Positions 1-5,848 of a DNA stretch of 15,264 bases are shown one piece after another (within the stretch, counting starts at the first letter, position 1; every line of letters begins with the position of its first letter). Position numbers and translations under genes: made by a program. Source of the DNA: a virus. The notes beneath the pieces were generated by a model. The model saw nothing but the letters and a program-made list of their open reading frames with translations. It ran no database searches and was not told the DNA's origin. The stretch is taken from the UHGV virus genome UHGV-0370902. One strand, 5' to 3'.

Positions 1-494
1 TGCTGCCCCCACAAACAGACTTCACGCTCAATCTCACGACGGGTCATCAGCCCTTTCCATTGCTTACCGCCAGCATATGTCCAGCGACGTAGCTGGTCAC
101 ATGCGCCTTTGATATCGCCCTGGTTTATTTTGCGAAGAAGCATCGATGTTCTGAAATTGCCAGCGCCCACGTTGTAAACGAACGAGTAAAGAGCGCCGCG
201 CGTTGTTTCCGGTATATCGACTTTGATGTACGGGTTAATTTGTCTGGCGACAGTGGCAAGGTCTTTATTCAGGAGGGCTTTGCATTCTGCTTCGGTATAC
301 GTTTTACCGAGCATGATGTCTTTTCCGGTGTGTCCGTGGCATACAGTCCATACGCCAACGATATCTTTGTATGGTATGTAGCTGACACCTTCCAGACCAT
401 CGTTACCACCTGGGCCAGTGATGAGCACAGACGCTATGGCAATAGCCCCACCACCAATAGCAACTGCAACAGCCTTGCGTAATGATGGCGACAT
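1..494 (-). CDS. R: SAR endolysin (phage 21 R-type lysozyme), 3' end cut by window edge
   Basis: Minus-strand translation from ATG 494..492 reads [39 protein letters not shown]...EVCLWGQ, a lysozyme with an N-terminal Gly/Ala-rich signal-anchor-release segment; start overlaps holin stop (TAATG). Confidence 0.9.
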   Translation of the reverse strand, partial: MSPSLRKAVAVAIGGGAIAIASVLITGPGGNDGLEGVSYIPYKDIVGVWTVCHGHTGKDIMLGKTYTEAECKALLNKDLATVARQINPYIKVDIPETTRGALYSFVYNVGAGNFRTSMLLRKINQGDIKGACDQLRRWTYAGGKQWKGLMTRREIEREVCLWGQ

Positions 495-709
495 TATTCA
501 CCTCTCGCAGCCTTACGCTTGTCTTCTCTGATTTTGAAGTACAGATTTGTCAGATAAGTCAGGAAGCCCAGAACCAGACTCCCCAGTACACCAATCGCAG
601 CCCACTGTGACGGACTGACCTGATCAAGCCACTGTAAAAACCAGTAGCCAGCACTGCCTGCGGAGGTGCCGTAGGCAATGCCCGTTGATATTTTGTCCAT
701 GGATTTCAT
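494..709 (-). CDS. S: Pinholin, phage 21 S-type, with dual-start motif MKSMDK
   Basis: Translation [71 protein letters not shown] matches the S21 pinholin family; GGAGGTGA RBS upstream; the ORF-track start at 787 is an upstream extension. Confidence 0.9.
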   Translation of the reverse strand: MKSMDKISTGIAYGTSAGSAGYWFLQWLDQVSPSQWAAIGVLGSLVLGFLTYLTNLYFKIREDKRKAARGE

Positions 710-825
710 AGCCTCACCTCCGCAAATAACGGATGGCGTAGTTCTTATATTGGGAAGGGAAAAAGAAGGCCGCAGCGTAACTGTCACTGATGAATTCAGG
801 ATAGCCAGTGGCTACGGCTCAGTTA

Positions 826-901
826 TGGTGCTGGTTAACGGACTTGAACCGCTACCCATTCGCTTACAAGGCGACTGCTCTACCATTGGAGCTAAACCAG
901 C
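826..901 (-). tRNA. tRNA, anticodon UGU (Thr) by manual fold
   Basis: 76 nt with 7-bp acceptor stem (GCTGGTT/AACCAGC), D stem GCTC/GAGC, anticodon loop CTTGTAA, T arm AGCGG-TTCAAGT-CCGTT, encoded CCA. Confidence 0.7.
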
Positions 902-906
902 ATATT

Positions 907-981
907 TGGCGGGACAGCGTGGACTCGAACCACGATAAGAAGGTTAACAGCCTTCCGTAATGACCTTTATACGACTGACCC
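907..981 (-). tRNA. Divergent tRNA-like gene, anticodon GUU (Asn-like) by manual fold
   Basis: Perfect anticodon arm GAAGG-CTGTTAA-CCTTC and T arm CGTGG-TTCGAGT-CCACG with CCA end, but the acceptor stem has one U-U mismatch and the D stem is 3 bp; could be a decayed tRNA. Confidence 0.45.
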
Positions 982-983
982 CA

Positions 984-1016
984 ATAAAAAATCCCGAAAC
1001 CGTTATGCAGGCTCTA
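984..1016 (-). terminator. Remnant of lambda tR'-like terminator (3' arm and U-run only)
   Basis: Minus strand reads GAGCCTGCATAACGGTTTCGGGATTTTTTATT, matching the 3' half of lambda tR' as I recall it; the complementary 5' arm (AATCCCGAAAC) is not present upstream. Confidence 0.3.
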
Positions 1017-1131
1017 TTCCTATGTGCTCTCGAGTTTATGATGCGCATGTCAGCGCGCTTAGAACTTAAAGATGAGGTGGGTAAAAAACCGAAAGAATGT
1101 GAACGGATATAAATCTGCCATTCTTGAGTCA

Positions 1132-1160
1132 AATTTACCCAACTTTATTCAAAAAGTCAA
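1132..1160 (-). promoter_or_regulatory. Late promoter pR' (lambda-type) with adjacent qut region
   Basis: Minus strand TTGACT-17 bp-TAAATT (ATATTGACTTTTTGAATAAAGTTGGGTAAATTTGACTCAAG), near-identical to recalled lambda pR', directly downstream of Q. Confidence 0.6.
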
Positions 1161-1202
1161 TATCATGCCGTTAATATGTTGCCATCCGTGGCAATCATGC
1201 TG

Positions 1203-1826
1203 CTAACGTGTGACCGCATTCAAAATGTTGTCTGCGATTGACTCTTCTTTGTGGCATTGCACCACCAGGGCGTCATACAGCGGCTTAACAGTGCGTGACC
1301 AGGTGGGTTGAGTAAGGTTTGGGATTAGCATCGTTACAGCGCGATATGCTGCGCTTGCTGGCATCCTTGAATAACCGACGCCTTTACATCTTCCGCACTC
1401 TTTCTCAACAACTCTCCCCCACTGCTCTGTTTTTGCTATATCAACTGCCCGGCCTGTACCGTGGCAATCTCTGCATCTTGCGCCCGGCGTCGCGGCACTA
1501 CGACAATAATCCGCATAAGCGAATGTTGCGAGCACTTGCAGTACCTTTGCCTTAGTGTTTCCTTCGAGCTTTGCCACACCACGGTATTTCCCCGATACCT
1601 TGTGTGCAAATTGCATCAGATAGTTGATAGCCTTTTGTTTGTCGTTCTGGCTGAGTTCATGCTTACCGCAAAATGCAGCCATTCCGAATCCGGCTTGTGA
1701 TTGCGCCATCCCCATAGCAGCCATCACATCAGTACCGGAAAGAGAGTCAGAAGCCGTAGCCCGTGGTGAGTCGCTCATCATCGGGCTTTTTGGCGAATGA
1801 AATTTAGCTACGCTTTCGAGTCTCAT
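1203..1826 (-). CDS. Q: Late antiterminator Q (lambda type)
   Basis: 207-aa ORF MRLESVAKFHSPKSPMMSDSPRATASDSLSG...CRDCHGTGRAVDIAKTEQWGRVVEKECGRCKGVGY, essentially lambda Q including the zinc-binding Cys cluster. Confidence 0.95.
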   Translation of the reverse strand: MRLESVAKFHSPKSPMMSDSPRATASDSLSGTDVMAAMGMAQSQAGFGMAAFCGKHELSQNDKQKAINYLMQFAHKVSGKYRGVAKLEGNTKAKVLQVLATFAYADYCRSAATPGARCRDCHGTGRAVDIAKTEQWGRVVEKECGRCKGVGYSRMPASAAYRAVTMLIPNLTQPTWSRTVKPLYDALVVQCHKEESIADNILNAVTR

Positions 1827-2011
1827 CGTCTTCCCCTCTTGCCCTGTTTGACCATCAGGACGCCGTTAACTATTACGTGACGCTCGCCTTTGCTGTCTCG
1901 GTTGTACTTGAGCACTGTTCCTCTTGCGCAGGAAAGCATCCTCGCCACTTCGGTCTGATTGCCTCGTGTCTGGATAAGAAGCTCTGGTATCGTTTGAATT
2001 GTGGCGTTCAT
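1823..2011 (-). CDS. ninH: NinH-like small HTH protein
   Basis: 62 aa, GNQTEVARMLSCARGTVLKY...IVNGVLMV resembles lambda NinH; stop overlaps Q start (ATGA). Confidence 0.8.
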   Translation of the reverse strand: MNATIQTIPELLIQTRGNQTEVARMLSCARGTVLKYNRDSKGERHVIVNGVLMVKQGKRGRR

Positions 2012-2370
2012 ACGTTCTCCAGTTCGGTGATTTTTATTCCAAGCCTTCCGCCTGGTACTTTCACACCACGAATTACGCGAATGTCATCGAATTGCTCGTC
2101 GTCTTCCGCAAATCCGGCGTGGATAAGAGAGTCGAGTAGCCCCTTCAGGATGTTGTCGAGGTCGCGGCGGCGGGAGTCTGGAACGTCTGCGATGACTTTG
2201 ATGCGGAGTCGTGCTTTGGTGAAAATATCTAACTTGAGTTGGCGGATGATTTGCTGAACGTCTTTTCGGTATTTCTGGCCTTTATCGCTGATGTAGTATC
2301 GGCTTCCCCGTCTTCGCCAGTAGGTGTTCAGCGACGGCGGGTATGGAAGCGTGAATCTGTACTCATTCAT
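2008..2370 (-). CDS. rusA: RusA-family Holliday junction resolvase
   Basis: 120 aa with RusA hallmarks (LPYPPSLNTYWRRRG, DSRRRDLDNILKGLLDSL, GGRLGIKITEL); occupies the ninG/rap position. Confidence 0.9.
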   Translation of the reverse strand: MNEYRFTLPYPPSLNTYWRRRGSRYYISDKGQKYRKDVQQIIRQLKLDIFTKARLRIKVIADVPDSRRRDLDNILKGLLDSLIHAGFAEDDEQFDDIRVIRGVKVPGGRLGIKITELENV

Positions 2371-3137
2371 GCAGCCTCCCCTGTTACTTTCAGCATTCCG
2401 TTATCGAGCAGCTTTCTGGTCAGCCACTGTTGACCACGCCCGGTGATTTTTGTGGTGAACGATATCTGTATTCCGTGATTTGTGTTGACCGCTGTTTCTT
2501 TCACTGTGAAATAGCCGCGATCCATATATTCCTGCATTGGCACATTGCGCCGGGAACCTGAAGCAATAAGGATTTTGTGATCACGCATCCACGCAAACAG
2601 TTTGTTTGGGCCAATACCAACAACCTTTGCAAAGTTTCCAATCAAAATTCCGCTGGCCTCGCCAACGCGATCGGCAAACTCAACTTTAGGTGCGGCAATC
2701 GCGAGTTGTTGCTCCAGCTTCACTTTCTGCTCATATTCGTTTGCCCACGCTCTGGCGGCTTCAGCAGGGTTTGTGAAGTCGGGCAAGGCTGACTTATCTT
2801 CTTTTTGGCCACGAAAATAATTGCGAACAAGCTCACGTTGCACTCTCCACGCCGTCTCGTCGCGCAGGGTTTTAACCAGCATCAAATAGCCTGATTCAGT
2901 GAAAACTCGCATGCCACGAGGAGGAATTTCAAAACCCCTTCTAAAGGTATTTTCATGAAAATCAATAAAATATGTATCTTCCCTGTCTATGAAATACTCA
3001 GAGTTTCGCGCATAGCCATTTTGAATAGTGGCTACTGGAACCCCGTGAATATCAGCAATCATTTGATACGTAACAACACGCTCGCCATTAAACTCAATCG
3101 GCACGATTTCTGCGTTGGCAATAATTACGGCATTCAT
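2367..3137 (-). CDS. Phage antirepressor-like protein (ORF6N-like N-terminus, KilAC/Ant-like C-terminus)
   Basis: 256 aa; C-terminal half (DFTNPAEAARAWANEYEQKVKLEQQLAIAAPKVEFADRVG...) is typical of the antirepressor C-domain; start overlaps upstream stop (ATGA) with GGAGGTG RBS. Confidence 0.75.
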   Translation of the reverse strand: MNAVIIANAEIVPIEFNGERVVTYQMIADIHGVPVATIQNGYARNSEYFIDREDTYFIDFHENTFRRGFEIPPRGMRVFTESGYLMLVKTLRDETAWRVQRELVRNYFRGQKEDKSALPDFTNPAEAARAWANEYEQKVKLEQQLAIAAPKVEFADRVGEASGILIGNFAKVVGIGPNKLFAWMRDHKILIASGSRRNVPMQEYMDRGYFTVKETAVNTNHGIQISFTTKITGRGQQWLTRKLLDNGMLKVTGEAA

Positions 3138-3394
3138 GCAACACCTCCTTCAACGACAATAATGCTGTCGCGCTTACCTTGTTCGCCTTCGAAGACGTAA
3201 TGCTCGTACTGAACATTGAACCCTAAGTTATTGATTCTTTCGGAAACCTCAATTTGAGGAAGCCGGATAACTCCACTTTTAACCAGCGTTTCGATGGTAC
3301 GTTTCACATTGTCATGACGCTTACCCACCAACTCAGCGATTTCAATGCTGGTCATTTTGATGGCGTTGCTATTTATCAGCTCGTTCATTGTCAT
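3134..3394 (-). CDS. Rha-family phage regulatory protein (pRha domain only)
   Basis: 86 aa; MTSIEIAELVGKRHDNVKRTIETL is the characteristic pRha N-terminal motif; GAGAGGA RBS upstream. Confidence 0.8.
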   Translation of the reverse strand: MTMNELINSNAIKMTSIEIAELVGKRHDNVKRTIETLVKSGVIRLPQIEVSERINNLGFNVQYEHYVFEGEQGKRDSIIVVEGGVA

Positions 3395-3418
3395 GTCCTC
3401 TCATATTGAAAATTCAGC

Positions 3419-3443
3419 AATAAAAAACCCAGCCGAAGCTGGG
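3419..3443 (-). terminator. Rho-independent terminator candidate
   Basis: Minus-strand RNA CCCAGC-UUCG-GCUGGG followed by UUUUUUAUU, between the ORF6N gene and the rha gene. Confidence 0.5.
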
Positions 3444-3462
3444 TCGTTGCGTTGGCAATCTG

Positions 3463-4167
3463 TCAGTAGTGATGTAGTGAAGGAGGTAATTCTTTGTTCT
3501 TAAGTCTTACCCATGCAGAAAGATTCGTTGGTCCGTCTGGCTCATTAATATCAACATCTCGTGTGTGATTGATTAAAACGTCTCTCGCCATTCCGATAAC
3601 ATACGAGAACTCATGACCGTAGTCGTGGCATCTGCCGGAATAGTTAGACTGAATTTGTCTTAGCGCCGGATACAGTTCGCGGAATAATGCCTGTGAGCGG
3701 TTGGCATAATCCCACAACCATACCAGACTGTTTGCATCTTTTGCAGAAAGCTCGCTGGTTTTCTTCTCGTGATGACCTGCGCTTTTCGAAGTCTGGCTGA
3801 AATAGCAGTCTTCCAGTTTTTCGAACACGTCCCATGCCTGATCGGTTTCGAGCATCTTCGCGTGACGGGCTGCGCCTCGTTCTGTCCAGAGGATGAGCGA
3901 GCGGGTTTTCGGGGAAATTTGTAACCCTCTTAAAGATGGTTGCAAATTTTGTGAGTAGTTTAAAGCTACCCGCAATTCTTTAAGGTCATTACCAACAACT
4001 TTGAAAAAGTGTTTCCCTTCAACGAAGCGTACTTTGTTCTCATGATGATTCTGGCGAATACGCACCGGCTCAGTGCCGTAAAGCTGCGCCAAAAGTTCAG
4101 TGGTAATAACAGGTATCTGGTTATGGGTGATCGGGGAGAGAGTTTCAACAGCAATTTGAGTTGTCAT
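3463..4167 (-). CDS. ORF6N-domain protein (antirepressor-type N-terminus, unknown C-terminal domain)
   Basis: 234-aa ORF; N-terminal 110 aa resemble the ORF6N/antirepressor N-domain ([11 protein letters not shown]...[10 protein letters not shown]...[16 protein letters not shown]...); C-terminal half unrecognised. Confidence 0.65.
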   Translation of the reverse strand: MTTQIAVETLSPITHNQIPVITTELLAQLYGTEPVRIRQNHHENKVRFVEGKHFFKVVGNDLKELRVALNYSQNLQPSLRGLQISPKTRSLILWTERGAARHAKMLETDQAWDVFEKLEDCYFSQTSKSAGHHEKKTSELSAKDANSLVWLWDYANRSQALFRELYPALRQIQSNYSGRCHDYGHEFSYVIGMARDVLINHTRDVDINEPDGPTNLSAWVRLKNKELPPSLHHY

Positions 4168-4335
4168 AGTGACACCTCCGGTAGATGTTTCAGAACATCA
4201 CCACCTTCAGGTGCTAATCATCGGGTGGCGAGACGTACAGGGTTAGCACTACCGGATCTACCAACCGGCCAGCCTTTCGGCTGCCCCATACGCCCCACCA
4301 TAATTCAGATGTGCGTGCGCATACGACAATAAAAA

Positions 4336-4352
4336 ACACGCTTGCGGCGTGT
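4336..4352 (-). terminator. Rho-independent terminator candidate
   Basis: Minus-strand RNA ACACGC-CGCAA-GCGUGU followed by UUUUUUAUUG. Confidence 0.4.
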
Positions 4353-4488
4353 GTCTGTCGCGGTAGTTATCCGGGGTGCTAATCCCGACGCCAGATTTTG
4401 CTGGCGTATGAGGAATATAGCCCCGGATATGTGTTGTCGTCAACTACAGGCCTTGAATGCATATAACGATTTTGTTATGTTGATACCT

Positions 4489-4818
4489 ATGAACTACACT
4501 ATCGAATACTACAGTGAAGATGTAAGGCTGGAAGTCGATCGGCTTCCATTGAGTATGCGTGCCCGATACCAACATCTCGTTGAACGTATGAAGATATATG
4601 GCAGCAATCTCGGAGAACCTCACACCAGCGCCTTTGGTGACGGGCTTTTCGAACTCAGAATTAAAGGCAACGATGGGATCGCGCGTGTTTTTTACTGCAC
4701 TCTGACAGGGAAACGCATCATCATGCTGCATAGTTTTGTAAAGAAAACGCAGAAAACACCGCCAGCCGAACGCAAGAAAGCTGAAACCAGAATGAAGGAG
4801 GTTAAGCATGACTGGTAA
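4489..4818 (+). CDS. Type II toxin, RelE/HigB-like (phage Gp49-like killer family)
   Basis: MNYTIEYYSEDVRLEVDRLP...GDGLFELRIKGNDGIARVFYCTLTGKRIIMLHSFVKKTQKTP is typical of this toxin family; alternative start at 4477; the ORF-track 5' extension uses a TTG start and is unlikely. Confidence 0.8.
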   Translation: MNYTIEYYSEDVRLEVDRLPLSMRARYQHLVERMKIYGSNLGEPHTSAFGDGLFELRIKGNDGIARVFYCTLTGKRIIMLHSFVKKTQKTPPAERKKAETRMKEVKHDW

Positions 4819-5116
4819 ACGCACTCTCCCCACCATGACACACGACGAAATGGCAGCCAAATGGATGGAAGACCCGGCTTTTAAAGCAGAATACGACGCT
4901 ATCGCTGACGAATTCGCACTGCTTGATGAAATGCTGGCAGCACGCAAAGAAGCTGGCTTAACTCAGGCTGAAGTTGCCGAGCGAATGGGAACAAAAGCGA
5001 CCGCGATCACCAGAATGGAAAGTAATCTCGCATCAGGTATCAGCGGCCCATCATTTGCCACACTAAAAAAATTCGCCCGCGCTACTGGAAAAAAACTCCA
5101 GATCCGCTTCGTTTAA
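4808..5116 (+). CDS. HigA-like antitoxin, XRE-type HTH
   Basis: 102 aa; HTH segment LTQAEVAERMGTKATAITRME; AGGAGG RBS; start overlaps the toxin 3' end; toxin-first order as in higBA. Confidence 0.8.
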   Translation: MTGKRTLPTMTHDEMAAKWMEDPAFKAEYDAIADEFALLDEMLAARKEAGLTQAEVAERMGTKATAITRMESNLASGISGPSFATLKKFARATGKKLQIRFV

Positions 5117-5157
5117 CCACACCGCGCCGTCATTCTGGCGGCGCACCGGATAAATAG

Positions 5158-5334
5158 TCATTTCCTCGCACGATGTCTTAGCCACCGGATATCCCACAGG
5201 TGAGCCGTGTAGTTGAAGGTTTTTACGTCAGATTCTTTTGGGATTGGCTTGCGTTTATTTCTGGAGCGTTTCGTTGGAAGGTATTTGCAGTTTTCGCAGA
5301 TGATGTCGGTGAAACTTCGTCGCTGTCGTCTCAT
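5158..5334 (-). CDS. ninE: NinE
   Basis: From the internal ATG the ORF reads [58 protein letters not shown], matching lambda NinE; start overlaps ninB stop. Confidence 0.85.
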   Translation of the reverse strand: MRRQRRSFTDIICENCKYLPTKRSRNKRKPIPKESDVKTFNYTAHLWDIRWLRHRARK

Positions 5335-5771
5335 GCCGCCCTGTCTCCCCATCGCGCTTTCCACTCCAGAGCCAGTCGCGCTTCGTCTGACCACTTAACG
5401 CCACGCTCTGTACCGAATGCCTGTATAAGCTCTAATAGCTCCGCAAATTCGCTTACACGCATCCTGCTGGTTGACTGGCCTATTACCACAAAGCCATTCC
5501 CGGCAAGGTTAGGAACAACGTCCTGCTGCTTTAATGCTGCGGTAAACACACACTTCCAGCTTTCTGCATCCAGCCAGCGACCATGCCATTCAACCTGACG
5601 AGAGACGTCACCAAGGCAAGCCCAAAGCTTTCGATTCTGGTCTAAGCTGCGGTTGCGTTCCTGAATGGTTACTACGATTGGTTTGGTTGGGTCTGGAAGA
5701 ATTTGCTGTACTGCGTGAATAGCGTTTTGCTGATGTGCTGGAGATCGAATTTCAAAGGTTAGTTTTTTCAT
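5331..5771 (-). CDS. ninB: NinB (Orf-family recombination mediator)
   Basis: [67 protein letters not shown]... is essentially lambda NinB; GAGGGAAG RBS; the ORF-track start at 5789 is a 6-codon extension. Confidence 0.9.
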   Translation of the reverse strand: MKKLTFEIRSPAHQQNAIHAVQQILPDPTKPIVVTIQERNRSLDQNRKLWACLGDVSRQVEWHGRWLDAESWKCVFTAALKQQDVVPNLAGNGFVVIGQSTSRMRVSEFAELLELIQAFGTERGVKWSDEARLALEWKARWGDRAA

Positions 5772-5787
5772 GACTTCCCTCTCCCCC

Positions 5788-5819
5788 AAATAAAAAGGCC
5801 TGCGATTACCAGCAGGCCT
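5788..5819 (-). terminator. tR2-like rho-independent terminator
   Basis: Minus-strand RNA AGGCCUGC-UGGUAAUC-GCAGGCCU followed by UUUUUAUUU, between the helicase stop and ninB, as for lambda tR2. Confidence 0.7.
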
Positions 5820-5848
5820 GTTATTAGCTCAGTGATGTAGATGGTCAT

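Noticed and set aside
240-482. 80-aa plus-strand ORF
   Set aside because: Lies entirely antisense within the clearly recognisable minus-strand lysozyme gene; no RBS and no recognisable product.
494-787. 97-aa extended version of the holin ORF
   Set aside because: The conserved pinholin begins at the internal MKSMDK dual-start motif (ATG at 709) with a GGAGGTGA RBS; the upstream 26 codons run through the intergenic region.
678-938. 86-aa plus-strand ORF
   Set aside because: Overlaps the holin start and both tRNA genes on the opposite strand; a chance open frame.
1319-1700. Plus-strand ORFs of 78 and 79 aa
   Set aside because: Antisense within Q, whose product matches lambda Q along its full length.
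1877-2257. 126-aa plus-strand ORF
   Set aside because: Antisense to ninH and rusA; Ser/Arg-rich low-complexity translation typical of a chance frame.
4342-4488. 5' extension of the toxin ORF to a TTG start
   Set aside because: The extension spans a hairpin and intergenic sequence, and the conserved toxin fold begins at MNYTIEYY; an ATG at 4477 or 4489 is the likely start.
5200-5598. Plus-strand ORFs of 132 and 61 aa
   Set aside because: Antisense to ninE and ninB, both of which match lambda proteins.
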